Assembly: GCA_025594325.1 (NCBI GenBank)
Contig: JANHCV010000019.1
Location: forward strand, 1 to 58,780
Source of the DNA: Blastocladiella emersonii ATCC 22665
Taxonomy: Eukaryota > Fungi > Blastocladiomycota
Length of the DNA: 58,780 nt
Direction: 5' to 3'
Made by a program: the position numbers and the translations under genes. Of the stretch, positions 31,796 through 44,510 are shown in pieces. Each line of letters starts with the position of its first letter. The stretch's first letter is position 1. The notes under the pieces are model-generated. The model was not told where the DNA came from. It searched no databases and saw only the letters and a list, made by a program, of their open reading frames with translations.

Positions 31796-34478
31796 TGGGG
31801 GTTTGACAAGGAGCCGTAGGCAACAACGTCAAATCCCCCGTTTGACGAATGGCCGAAGGCCATTCGTGTAAGAATAACGCACCCTCCCACCGTCCCTCTG
31901 CTACAGTTGGTGAGTTCTTTGAACCATCGCCACTCAGCGACCAGCCCGCGGACGTTTCTAACGTTGGTGGTCCTTCAATGGTGCTGCGCGGCAAGGAGTT
32001 TTTTCCTTGCCACCTTTGTGTTCCTCCACGCCTCGGCCATTCTCCTGATCTGTCTTTTCTTTTTGCGAGACGTGCGATCGCGACGCGCCGCGCCACGTGT
32101 GTGGCGCAGCGCGTCGCGGCCACATCGCGCGTTGAGCCACGGTTTTCCCCCACCGCGTTCTTTTCCCGTCACTTTATTTTTTCCAACTGGGTTTTTTCGT
32201 TTGGGTTTTTCTGCGGTGGGCGGTTTTTCACCCGGGCTAGCGGGCTTCGCCCGCTTCGCGCTACCGCGCAGACCTTGTTTCGCAGACAAGGTAACGGGTC
32301 TCTCACTCCCAGTTGATGGCCTGGCCTGCCCAGGGGGCAGGCCACAATGGTAACATCTTCGCTCGAACGAAAGAGCGCAAGGTGTCCGTTGCCTCGAACT
32401 GGCGTTTTGAGCCGCGGACCACCTCTTTTCCTTCGGATCACATGCGTGGCGCGCGATCCATCCTGATATCTTATGTACATTCGAGCTGAACGAAGCAAAT
32501 AGAGCCCATTGCATTATTCATTGGAGAATGGCCGAGGCGTGGAGTGAAACAAGGCACTCGTTTTCTGTAACGTCTCTATTGAAAGCCCAGCACACAGAGG
32601 GGAGCAGTTGCAAACGCTACCAGTTGCCAAAAACCTTTTCTGTATTTTTTTTTCCTCCTGCTCGCGGCCTTGCAAAAGGATTGTGGAACAAACGGCAGCA
32701 GCGAACAAGGAGCAGGGCGGTCAAGCACGAAATGGTAAGGGCGCTCTGAAAATGTAAAATGGAATGGAAATGGAAATCGATTCACAAAACGCAACAAAAG
32801 CGCGCATGCTGCCTGGAATCGAACACTCAGTGGTTCTATCCAGGCAAACATGCACTAGGACTCGACTATGCCATCCTGGCTGCCTAGGGGCAACTCAAGC
32901 AAATTGGGCAAGTGCGCGCGCGCATGACATGGCTAAGACTGGGTGGGTAGAGCGAATGGAAAGGAAGGAACAAGGCATGTTGGCAGGCGGCCACAGACAG
33001 CGTGTAACTTGTGAGACTGTGAAGCTCAATGAGCTGGAGCGGGGCCATGGCAAACTAAGGCAAAGGCAAACAAACGTAGATGACAAGCATTAGTGACACA
33101 TGCACGTGCAACTACGTGGAGGAGCAGGACGTGGAAACAACAGTTAATTACAACAACAGCAGCTACAGGAGGTGTGTGGCATGAACAATGCAGACAGACC
33201 ACCAGGACCATGGAGTTGATGAGCAAATCAAGCAAGCAGGCAACCAGGCAGAAATGGAAGCCGAGAAAGCTGAGGTAAACTTGGCTGCAGTTGGGCCAAG
33301 GGACTAGACAAGGATTGAGCTGACAACCAGAACAGCTAAGGGTGGGAGCAACGTAGGTGATGGCCAGAGAGGGGAAGCGCGTGCGCACCAAGCAGGCGCT
33401 GCAAAAACTGGACAAAGTGCGAGAAGGGACAGTAAGCAGGTGCAGCAAAGCAGCGTAGGAAGTCAAAGCAGCAAACCAGCAACACAGGCAGGAGGGCGTG
33501 GGATAAAACAGAGAGCAGCAATAGCAAGCAACTGTAACAGAAATGAGCTGTGAATTCTTCACCAGGTGAGATTTCAGCAATCGTTTGCAACAACAAAGTA
33601 TGTCAAGGAGGTGGACCTCAGTCGCTCTGTGCAAGATAGGGCGGTGCAACGCAACCACAGAGCGTAGCCATCTGCAGCAAAGGTTGCCAATGGTGGTGGT
33701 GCTGCTGCTGGTGGTGGTGGCACAACACTATAAGGATAAATCTGCAACCACAAGTGGATCACAAATACCAACCGACCCAACGCAGCAAAGAGGCAAAAGG
33801 TCTAGCACAAGAATGGCCAGATATGTGAACGGTACACAAGAGATTTCCACAATCAAAAGAAGAGGGAGTTTGAACATGGCAACAGCAGTACTGTTGGTGC
33901 GGAGAGGACGGGAAATGGCTGAGAAGCAGAGAGCACAGCGTGACAACAATCACAGCCAGCGCGATAAGAGAGGGACAAGCAAGACAGCAAAAATGGCAGG
34001 AGGAGCGAAATGGTAGAGCAGGGTGGTGTGGGACAGGCAGGACATGGGAATGACAAGCAGGGTGTAGAGACCAGGCAAGGGGCTTGCTTGATGGAAACCA
34101 ACCTGGATCACAACCGCAAACCAGTGCAACGCAGCAAAGAGTCAACCGGTCCAGCACAACAAGGGTGCTGTTGAGCATTGCAAGGGCTCGGGCAGTTGCT
34201 CTCACTTAGGGCCCGTTTGGTTCCGGGGTGAATCAGGTGGATCAATCGATTTTACACGGTCCGGTGTTCACCCAGCTGAAACGTGGCATTTTCACCCCGT
34301 CGTGTTCATCGCGGCGTTTGGTTCAACCCCCGGGTGAGCTGAATGGAACCCTCGTCGCTGAATCGCCCGTCTGCTCGCCCCCGAAACCTTCAGGCTGTGC
34401 TCCCCGGCCTATATAAACGCCGTTTCCCTCCAAAGTAACTCGCTCTCTCTCCCCCGTCCTCCCTCAAAGCCGAAAAGA

Positions 34479-35608
34479 ATGGCTCCCCCGTCAAGCAAAA
34501 AGCGCGCTGGCCGTACGGCCATGTCCATCGAGGAGATCGTCAAGAACGTGCCCGAAATCCCGCCGCCGCCCGCCGATAGCGACGAGGATGCAGATGACGA
34601 CGCTGCTGGGAGCGACGGCAACGCTGCTGTCACGCCGACCAACCCGCTGCCGCCCGTGACCATCGCCAAGCCAAGCAAGCGCAAGGCCAGTGGCAGCAAG
34701 GCCAGCAGCGGCAAGGCCAGCGGCGGCAAGGCCACCTTCTGCTCCGCGTCGACCAACTTCCTCCTCGACCACTTCTGCAACCTCGCTGACGACGGCGTGC
34801 TCGGCGACAGCAACACGCTCAAGGCCCAGCACCGTGTGTCGATTGCCCAGGCCCTGTCGGGCGAGTTCAACATGCAGTTTACGGCGGAGCAGGTCAAGAA
34901 CCGCGTGACATACGTACGCTTTGTCTTGCGGACACGCGTCAACCGTAGCGCTAACAACGTCAGCGTTCGGCTCCAGCTTCGCACTTGTTTTCGCGCCGTA
35001 AAACGGCTTCTGTCGTACTCGGGCAACGGCTGCACCTGGAATGAGGGTGAGTGCACGGTCGACGTGCCAGAGGAGTTCTGGAACGATCTCTCGGTACGTT
35101 TGTTCAATATCGTTACGCGTCAACTCGCGGCGAGCTAACAGCGCCTGGCCTGCTTCAATTGTAGGCAGAGCTCAAGGAGGAGCTGACTGCGGGCTGCAAG
35201 CCCTTCCCGTACTACAAGAAGGCCAACATGCTGTGGGGCAGCTCGACCGCCACCGGCAAGTACTCGCACCTCGAGCAGGACGGCAAGGAGTCTGGTGACG
35301 TGGAAGGTGTTGATGGTCAAGACGACGCGGCCCCCGCCAGCAAGCGCAGCCGCACTTCGGACAGCAGCTCGCGTCGCCTCTCGGACTCGGAATTCCTCAT
35401 GGGCATCAAGGAGGTGTTCCAGAGCGTCTCAACCGCCGACTCCAAGCCCGTTCTGACCGCCGCACTTGAATGGGTCCAGGACGCGTACAACGACAATGAA
35501 GAGTACCAGATCGACGTCGCCACCCGCCTGACCGAGGATCAAGCGCTTCGCGTCATGGCCGTGTCCGAATCGAAGCGCAAGCGCGTCCTCGAGTTTTTCA
35601 TTCAGTAG
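34479..35608 (+). CDS. Mirror copy of the Myb/SANT ORF
   Basis: Exons 34479-34913, 34977-35093 and 35165-35608. Confidence 0.88.
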
Positions 35609-35921
35609 CTCTCTCGCACATGTCCCCCTCCCCTCGCGTTGCTTCCTGGCCTTGTTCTCGCCCATTTGTGTCCAATACATCTGGCTTTGTGTCCATCGTA
35701 TCTTCAATCGTTACCCTTCGCTCGAAAATGACGCGACTCGTTGAGAAACGCGTGGTTCTCAAAGTGTCTCGCACGTCACGTGATTGATCGACGCGTCTCC
35801 ACCGATGCGTTCTGACCTCAGCGACGCGTCAAATCATCTGGAATCGCTTATCTAACGTTATAGTACTTGACAAATCAGTATATTACAGCATGCATGCGGG
35901 TACAACAATTATTTCGCGCCT

Positions 35922-37239
35922 TCAAAGACGGGTCCCACGAGCGGCCATGACGCACCTGTACTCGGTCCAAAGAACATTTGCGACGCGGTTCCGAAGCGAG
36001 ATACCGCGCTGACGAGCTCCGTCCAGCGAGGCCTCGAGGACAGCGGCCTCGTCGTCCTCCTCGTTCTCATCGTCCAGGGGCTCGTGCCCACGTACTGGCG
36101 CCTCACGCGCCGCGTCCCGCGCGCGCCGGAGCTCCGTCTCGGCGTCGCGAAAGAAGGCGTCGCCGCCTTGGTTCCACTTGTTGATCATGTTGTGCAGCGT
36201 GCAGAGCGCGTACACAAGCTTGACTTGAGTCTTGATTGGGTAGGCCGCGCCAATCGAGAGGACGCGGAACCGCTTCTTGAGCACGCCAAAGATATGCTCA
36301 ATGGAGTTGCGGAGCGACGCGTGACGCAGATTGAAAAGCTCTTCGCGGTTCTTAACTCTACGTACGTTGGTGAAGCAGATGAGATGGCGCCAACGTGATG
36401 GTCATGGCAGTGAGAACGTACCCATCCTTGCCGCGGGCAAACTCGCGAAGATGATAGCGGGTACCGCTGAAGGGCACGATGATGGACGTGCGGTTTGCGT
36501 AGCCGCCGTCGGCGAGGTAGAAGCGGCCGGCGGGGATCTTGAACCCACGGGCGAAGGCGTCCGAGAGCACGCGCGAGTCGTGCGCCTTGCCCTCCCACCC
36601 TGCGAGAACGTAGGTGAAGTTCAAGTCAAAGTCGCAGGCAGCGAGGACATTTGAGGAGATGGTCCCCTTGCGGTTTCGGAACGAGTCGTGAAGCTTGGCG
36701 GGCACAACAAACGGGATGTGCGTTCCGTCAAGCGCGCCGACCGCGTTCTGGAACGGAGCGTATTTCGGGTCGTGGGCGATGCGCTCATGCACGGGCGTAG
36801 AATCGGACGGCTGGACAATGAACTCGGGCATCAGGCGGTACAGAGCGTCGAGCACCTGCTTCAGAACCCTGGACGCGGTCTCGCCAGAGATTTGGAACCG
36901 CTCCCTGAGGTTGCGGTTGGTGCTGCCCTCGCCGGCCATGACAAGAAAAACCATGAAGCGCGCCTCGACGGACAGCTCGCGGCCGTCGGTGAGAAGGCCA
37001 CGGTCGCGGAACAGGCGGCAGATGGCCTTGAAGGTCTCGCGGGGCATACGGGCGATTTCCGAAAAACGCGTTTTGCTGTTGCACGTCAGCAGCTCTTGAA
37101 CCCACGACTCGCCAGAAAGCGTGGACGTGCGGATAGGCTCCCACGAGCGGCGCTCGTTGCGAGCAGCGAGACGTCGCAGGAGAGCGAGGGCGGCTGTGAG
37201 CATTAGGCCGCGCAGCTTGCGGTTGTATCCCTTGCCCAT
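35922..37239 (-). CDS. Mirror copy of transposase 2 (one synonymous difference, GAG vs GAA)
   Basis: Mirror of 21542-22859. Confidence 0.92.
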
Positions 37240-38239
37240 GTTGTTTGAGGGCTCGAGAACACGATGCGTGAGGTTAGGTGTTGATTCGTTGCAATAAGTG
37301 CGGCTGCAAAGAGGTGGGAAAGATTTTATTGCGGGGGGGGGGAGGGGCGTTCATCCAGCGGGGCGTTTGGTTCGCACGGCCGCTGAGATGAACGGGGGTG
37401 AGGTGAAACGTGGCAACTTTTTCAGCTGATCCACCTGATCTGAACCAAACGGGCCCTTATTGTGTCGATTGTCAAGGCAAGGCTGCTGCTGGCAGAAGCG
37501 GGCAAAAGGGGCGCCGAGCCAAGCACTGCAGTGCATCAGCAACAATTGAATTAAACAACCAGGTTGGACAGATTACAATTAATTGATTGTAAATATAACT
37601 TGGAGGAGATTACGTAAGAGGAAAAGAGAAAAATTATAAAAATCAAAGAGTATATGAAAATGGAGAGGTTGCGCAGTGAGAGAAAAAAATTGATCGGTCA
37701 GAATTTTTTTCTGGACCAGGCGCGGCGTGGAGCGCGGCGTGAAAGCGGTGAGCGCGGCGGACACCCGGCGGTTCCCGCGGTTTCGGGGCACGTGCCTGAT
37801 TCGCGCTGTCTCGCAGCCGCCACCAAAGGGCTGCCGCCACCCTGTCACCCTGTTGTCGTCGTCCTGCCTGACCTCGCCGGCTCTCGCTCCCGAGGTTGCA
37901 CCAACCATTGCCCTATGAACCAATGCATTGCTTCTCACGCAGCTCGCCCGCATCGCCGATTTGGAGCCCGTCACTCCCAGCCACAGACTGGCTCCTCGGT
38001 GCTGACGCGGCGGCCTTCAGCGCTCGCAGGCCCACTCCTCACCATGGCTCCGCTGCTGGCTCAGGCACCCTCCGCCCGCGCACTTGCGTCCAGATGCCGC
38101 GCCTCGCTCATATAACTCGGCGCGACCCCGCCAGGCGCTCGCCATGACCTGCGCTTGACCGTCTTCCTTCTCCTTGCCCAATCCCCCCCTCTCCCATCCA
38201 TCCCCCATCCCCCATCCCCCATCCCACCCATCCCTCACC

Positions 38240-40134
38240 ATGACCTGGCCCGTGCCGTACATCGTCGCAGCCTTCATCCTTCTCAAAGCCCGCATCCGCG
38301 CCGACCCCTCTCTGACCCTCCTCCAAGCCACTCAGCTCGTCGCTGGCAACAGCGTCGCCGCCCGCGCCCGCCTCCTTTGTGACGAACTCCCCCAGCCCCG
38401 CAAACTCGATCCGCCCCCTCACTGCCTCAAAAACGTGGCGGACGCCGCGCGCCGCGTCCTTCGCTCGGCTTCCCTGCCCGCTCGCTTCGCTTTGTCGCCA
38501 TGGGCCGATATGGCCCAGAGACTCTACAACGAGCTGTGCGCGCATGAAAAGCGTCTCACCGGTGCGGCGAAGGCTGCAACTGCTGCCGCTCGGGCCTTGC
38601 GCGCCGCTACCGAGCAGGCCCGTGATGATCTCGCGGCCCGCGTGCAGGCTGCAGCGTCCGTGCCGGGTATCGGGCCTGGCTCGCTCCCCGCCGGACCCTC
38701 GGGCTCTTCGGCGACGTCGCCCTGGTCCGTGTTGGCCGCCACGGCCGCTGCCGCCGCCACCGCTGCGTCGCACCCGCACCCGCACCACGGCGCCTTGTCC
38801 TCGTCCATGTCGGCCGCCATGGCCGCCGCCGCCGCTTCTGCGTCGCACCCGCACCCACACCACAGCGCCTCGTCCTCGTCCATGTTGGCCGCCATGGCCG
38901 CCGCCGCCGCTGCATCGCACCCGCACTACGGCGCCTCGTCCATGATGGCGACCCCGTTGTCAGCGGGCTTCTCACACGGTGATGCGGATGAGTACGAGTA
39001 CGAGTACGAGTACGGTGACGATGAGGCCGAGCTGCACGCTGAACCCGCTCGGCGCACCGCGCCCCGTGGCCGGACCCAGCGCAGTTCAAGTGGTCGCGTT
39101 CCTCGCCGCCAGGCTCCGTACGCTCGTGCTCGCTCGCGCCATTCGCAGCCCACCCCTTCCTCACAGAACTCTTACCACGCAGCTGCGGAGGTGACCAGTT
39201 TTCCACCCCCGCCCCCGCCCCCGCTTCCGCCTACGCTGCTGGCAGCAAACCCACTTGCGGCCTTATCCGCCTTTCTCCTCAACGCTGCTCACCATGTGGT
39301 CTCTGGTACGCTCAGGACGAAAGAAACTTATCCAAGCCTTGCTCGTGTTCTTGAAGCTCACGCACCTGTGATCTAGGAGGACTCAACCCGCATCCGCAAC
39401 TTGGCGGCGCCCAGTACCCGCACCTGCCGCTCGGCGGCGCCCAGTACCCGCACCTGCCGCTCGGCGGCGCCCAGTACCCGCACCTGCCGCTTGGCGGCGC
39501 CCAGTACCCGCACTCGCAGCAGCAGCACCACCACCACTCGCCGCTCGGCAACGCGCCGCACCCGCCGCCCGGCAACGCGCCGCACCCGCCGCTCGGCAAC
39601 GCGCCGCACCCGCCGCTCGGCAACGCGCCGCACCCGCCGCTCGGCAACGCGCCGCACCTGCTGTCCGGCAACGCGCCGCACCCGCCGCTCAGCAACGCGC
39701 CGCACCCGCCGCTCGGCAACGCGCCGCACCCGCCGCTTGGCAACGCCACCAACCTGCAGCAGCTGTACATGTCGGTCAACGTGCACCAGCAACCGCTCGA
39801 CTTTGACCCGTACAACCTGCCAGTCAACCACTTGCGCGACGACGATGACCAGTTGCCGCGGACGGTCATCCTCAACAACCAGCAGCTCATGGCGCTGATG
39901 AGCAACATGATCTGGAGCTCGCCGTCGTCTCCTACGCGCGGCATGGTCACGTCGAAACTCGCTGCAGGAGAATTCTCGATCCTGCCGCCGCAGCAGTCTC
40001 GGGACATCATCAGCACGCCGCCGCTGCCCGAGACCGCGACGCCGCCGCCTGCGCTTCAGCACGAGGTCGGCGCTCATTCCCCGCTGGCTCAGCCGCAGGA
40101 GATTGCGCCGCCGTCGCCCAGTAGCAGCCTTTGA
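38240..40134 (+). CDS. Mirror copy of ORF2 of PHIS element 1
   Basis: Exons 38240-39305 and 39377-40134. Confidence 0.72.
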
Positions 40135-40241
40135 ATCATCATGTCCTGTCCGTTCTCGCTCCTGTCCGTTTGCACAAAAGATATCGATGTTCGTGATGTA
40201 CATGCAGTCCTCAATCGTAAGTGCATCAAAGGGCGAGTGTA

Positions 40242-41345
40242 TCAATCAAACGACACCTCGCCATCAAGGTATTGAACGATAGTGGGCGGGACCAGGTTGA
40301 ACTTGTCAGAAATTTGGTTGCCGCGATACAGGCACGTCTTGAGGTTCGTCAGAAAGACGGCGGCAAAGTAGAGATCGCGCATCGAATGGACAAAGACTTT
40401 GTTGTTCTTAGCGTAATCGATGAAAGCCCAATCGCGAAGAACTTCACCAAAGCCCCACTCAACAGCAGCGCGAAGCGGGTACATGGCATTTCGAAACTGG
40501 CGCTGCTCAGGCGTCATTGGTCCGCGGCGCGTTGGGACGATGGTGGGCAGATTTCCTGGATACGCCGAATCGGCATACAAGACATAGCGGTTACCGTGAG
40601 GAGTCCATGGGAGTTCCAAAAGACGCGGAAGTAGTTGCGAGCGGCGGAGCACATTTGCATCGTGGAAGGAAGCAGGCCAGACACCGCGAAAATCAATGAA
40701 GAGTCCATTCGGCGCGACAACACCTTGCATCTTGAGACCGTGGATCCGTTTTTGGCCCGTGTAGAGAATCCGTTGAACAGCATTGTGTCCGCCAGGCCGA
40801 GCAACCTTGCGAATTGTCCCATCAAGAAAGCCAAAGCAGTTGGTCATTGGAGCACCTGCTTGATGGATGGCCGTTGAAAAAGCATGAAGCACGCGGGGCG
40901 GGTAAGCTTGGGGCCTGATTGTCAAGAGGCGCATCCAACGGTTGATGAGAATCCGTAGGACCTCGTTCACGACACGCGAAAGCGTTGTCACGCCGCGTGG
41001 AAAGATGAGGCACAAATCTCCAAGGCGACAAGGGTACGCGAGGCGCCGTAGGAGGATACATAGGGCTTCGATGCGAGGCTCGACCGTGTTGCTGTCGATT
41101 CGCACGTCTCCAGGGAGTAGGCGAAAAGCAAGGTATCGAATATCGTCGCGTTGAAAGCGAAATTTGGCCCAGCAGTCTCTGTCGTCATGCTCGTCGAGTT
41201 CAAATGGTCCCTGGCGCCACTGCTGCCGACCCGTGGGCTTGGGCCGGCGCACCTGGAGTGTGAGCTGCTGCTGTTGGTACAACGCGACTAAAACCGCCGC
41301 AAACGTGACATAAACCACTGCAAGAGCGACAGCCTGACGGTCCAT
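40242..41345 (-). CDS. Mirror copy of transposase 1
   Basis: Mirror of 17436-18539. Confidence 0.92.
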   Translation of the reverse strand: MDRQAVALAVVYVTFAAVLVALYQQQQLTLQVRRPKPTGRQQWRQGPFELDEHDDRDCWAKFRFQRDDIRYLAFRLLPGDVRIDSNTVEPRIEALCILLRRLAYPCRLGDLCLIFPRGVTTLSRVVNEVLRILINRWMRLLTIRPQAYPPRVLHAFSTAIHQAGAPMTNCFGFLDGTIRKVARPGGHNAVQRILYTGQKRIHGLKMQGVVAPNGLFIDFRGVWPASFHDANVLRRSQLLPRLLELPWTPHGNRYVLYADSAYPGNLPTIVPTRRGPMTPEQRQFRNAMYPLRAAVEWGFGEVLRDWAFIDYAKNNKVFVHSMRDLYFAAVFLTNLKTCLYRGNQISDKFNLVPPTIVQYLDGEVSFD

Positions 41346-42098
41346 GGTGATTTCATGCAGTTGCGTGTGCTTGTGGGGACGGCGTATGTGTTCAAGCGAA
41401 GCACGAGCGCGGGAGCGTGAGCTGGCGCGCAGGCCGCGAGCGCGGCGTCCCGATGGTTTCCGACGCGACAGTCACGCGCTGGGGTCGCGCGCTTTCACGC
41501 CGCGGCTGGTCCGGAGAAAATTTCCCAGTCGTCGGATTTTTTCGCTCGCTGCGCAACCTCTCCAATATAAATGAAAATGAAAAGGAAAAGGAAAAGGAAA
41601 AGGAAAAAGAAAATCGATTTGCAAAACGCTACCAGCGCGCGCGCACTGCCTGAATCGAACACTCAATGATTCAACCCAGGGCTTCCATGCGCTAGGACTC
41701 GACTATGCCGTCCTGACTCACCTTGGGTAATTCAAGTAAACTGGGCAAGTGCGAGTGCACATGTGAGCAACCCTGTGGCAAGAGGGAGCACACAACTAGG
41801 CAGTCAGTCTATTTTGGACAGGGAAATTTTGTACCTCTAGGGGGGAGGGGGGGGGCGTAGGATGCACAAACAATTATTTGCATGCACTACAAGAACGTGT
41901 GCTTCTTTGTCAGTTCCATTTTGGCACAAGAAGCAAACAACTGTAGCCCACACAGTCTACACAGCGCATTCAGCCCACGCACGCTTCATGAAGGGCGGAC
42001 GAATGGGTTAAATGTGAGTTTCTCAAGTTTGTGAGGTCTACCTACTAACTACGCATGGTGCTCCTGCAAGCCGAGGAGACAAAAAAAAGTCAAAAAGA

Positions 42099-42170
42099 TG
42101 CCGCCTGGGAGGATCGAACACCCGGCCTTTGCTTTACGAGAGCAACGCTCTGCCACTGAGCTAAGGCGGC
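42099..42170 (-). tRNA. tRNA-Thr(CGT), mirror copy
   Basis: Mirror of 16611-16682. Confidence 0.9.
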
Positions 42171-42203
42171 TATGTTCTCTGTTTGGCGTTGGACTTTATA
42201 ATA

Positions 42204-42480
42204 GAGACCTTGCAAAAGTCGGGGCCGACTTTCGAGCGGAGGCCGCGGTGGCTTGCTTCACGCGCGCGCGGGCCACGTTGGTCGCAAGGCTTTGCCGTGG
42301 GGGCTCGCGAGACCCTCCCCGCTCGACCGCTCCCTGATCTGGCACCTCGAGCGCTTGCGCAGAGCCGACCCCAAGAAAAGTTGGGCCTGGCGCTCGAGCG
42401 GGCCTGTGCATTACGCCACACCGCGTGGCTGAAAGCGTGGGGCCAGGACGAAAGTCGGCCCCGACTTTTTGCAAGGTCTC
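42204..42480. mobile_element. Mirror copy of the MITE
   Basis: Mirror of 16301-16577. Confidence 0.85.
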
Positions 42481-44145
42481 TAATCCGCGGGCTGAGCCCA
42501 CCACGCACGCCGCCCAACCCTACTAGTCACAGTTCTGCCCTTGAAACCAATGAACTTGGTGGAGTTACGCGCACTGGAGTGGATCTGTCACATATCGTCT
42601 TGTGGGTGGTCCCTGCTGCATGGCACCCACCTTCTTGACTGTCTGAGGGTGCATTGGTTCCTGCTGGGGGCAGCAGGTCAGACGCTGAGGGCTACGCTAT
42701 GTACAACGCGGCCCAGGTCTTCCTTCGCCTCCCTACTGGTTGTACTGCTGCTTTTATTGCCACATACCTGTCTCTTGGCCGCTTGCAGGGCCAGGCTAGA
42801 TTGCTTCTCTAGCCAAGCACTGGTCCACCCAATACAATTACTCCACTGAGGTAGGGCGGCGTGAGCTGGCCTGTGCTGCAATCAGACTTATTTATTTGTG
42901 GGTTCAAAGCAAAGCGGCAGTGACCAAGTGACTAACCTATAGGAAACTTGGAAAACCTGCCATCATTTATGCTGAAAGACAATGACTTGGTGAGGACAAA
43001 CTGGATTTAGCGGTCTTTGGGCACATCTCAAGATTAGAAAGCAGAGTTTGGTTGGCCACCCCACTACAAACTTCGCTGAGGTTGGATTTTCCCGCGCTTG
43101 AGCGGGACCATGTCACTTCACCCGCTGAATTTCGAGCGCGTGGTAAGCCTCACAGTTTTCCTTCCCAGATTGTCCAATCTGGTGGTTTCCTAAGCTTTGC
43201 GCGCGTCGTCATATTTTTATTTCAAAACTCCGTTTGTAAAGTCGTAAGTTCATAGCCTCGCTTTCAAGCAACTTTCCTGGCGTGGTTGTGTGTTCATTAC
43301 AGGATAGCGCTTTTGGGCTTTAAGCGGTGGGGTACAGATCAAGCAAAGGTGAGACCAGATTGAGCGCAGGTGTTCCCTCTTCTGGGGATTGAGAACCCTT
43401 ACAAACTAACCGAGAAACCACATCGGAAAAGCCTCTTCAGGGCGGGGGAAAAAAAAATGAACCTGGGTGAGCCCACCTCAAACCTGACCATAGCAAAAAT
43501 CTGAACGAACCCAGACCTCAACATGCTCACCCAAGTCCCGCTGCCGTAAAACTCAAAATTCTTGCAAATGAGGCACCATAAAACCATTTTCAAGTGTTGT
43601 GTCAAAGTGGAGGTGAGACTCCCCTCTGCTCACAAAAAATTTACAAGGCTGCCTCTCTTGCTAGGTGCACTATGTAAGCAGCTTGCTTCTCTCCCCTGGC
43701 CCATATCTTCCCCCTCATCAACCTAACCCACTCTCACCCCCAGAACTACCTCCTACACACCAGCAACCCTGAGCTGCAGCCATGGCTGCCAACAGTAAAA
43801 CCTCCACCTTGTCCACAGCTAAGTATATTGTTAATTCCAGTCTGGTTGGCCCCGCTCATTGGAATGGAAGCCGGACAAGGAATTGGTACCAGTGGGGTTG
43901 TGCTTTTGGGAAATATTTTGCAGAAGCGTGTAAGGAGGTCAAGAAGCAAAAAAGAAATGAGACAGCCAAAGAACCTTGGCATGGCCACGCTGAACCCTGT
44001 CAACTACAGGTGTGCGGCCGAGTTCAAGAACAAGCAAACTCCAGTTGCATCCGTGAACAGACTGCTTCAATGAAAATTGTCGTGATTGTTCTGCGTCACA
44101 CAAATACCAAGGGTTGTATTGACAAATGCGACGCGCTATTCGCAA

Positions 44146-44217
44146 GCCGCCTTAGCTCAGTGGCAGAGCGTTGCTCTCGTAAAGCAAAGGCCGGGTGTTC
44201 GATCCTCCCAGGCGGCA
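44146..44217 (+). tRNA. tRNA-Thr(CGT), mirror copy
   Basis: Mirror of 14564-14635. Confidence 0.9.
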
Positions 44218-44438
44218 ATTCATTTTTATTTTTGCGGTACTGAGCGGTATCACGTTGTCGGGATGGTGCTGCTGACGCTGGAGGTGCCCAAAAATGTGCA
44301 GCACATAAGAAAATACATTGCGGTCTGGCAACCGTGCAATTTTTGGTGTTCCTTAGTCTTGCGAGAGTTGCTTCTCAATAAGTGATCTGGCAAATATATT
44401 GTTTTGCGGCGCAGGGATGGTGTGAAAAACGAAAACCT

Positions 44439-44510
44439 GGGGTTGTAGCTCAGCGGTAGAGCGGTCGACTGCAGATCGACAGGTCCCGAGATCAATCCTC
44501 GGCGGCCCCT
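44439..44510 (+). tRNA. tRNA-Cys(GCA), mirror copy
   Basis: Mirror of 14271-14342. Confidence 0.82.

Larger units (their letters stand above)
26232..32549 (+). mobile_element. DIRS-type tyrosine-recombinase retrotransposon (decayed), with ITRs at about 26232-26446 and 32335-32549
   Basis: gag-like ORF, RT-RNaseH-MT and overlapping YR in DIRS1 order. An internal complementary region at 31753-31795 matches the terminus, which begins TTT at 26232. Outer limits are inferred from the ICR match. Confidence 0.88.
34209..37456. mobile_element. Mirror copy of PIF element 2
   Basis: Mirror of 21325-24572. Confidence 0.93.
37662..41563. mobile_element. Mirror copy of PHIS element 1
   Basis: Mirror of 17218-21119. 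Confidence 0.88.

Noticed and set aside
26232-32549. Active retrotransposon or functional DNA methyltransferase/recombinase system
   Set aside because: Two stops in ORF1, a frameshift in pol, and substitutions in RNase H, MT and YR catalytic motifs. The MT-like domain is a standard DIRS component, not a restriction-modification gene.
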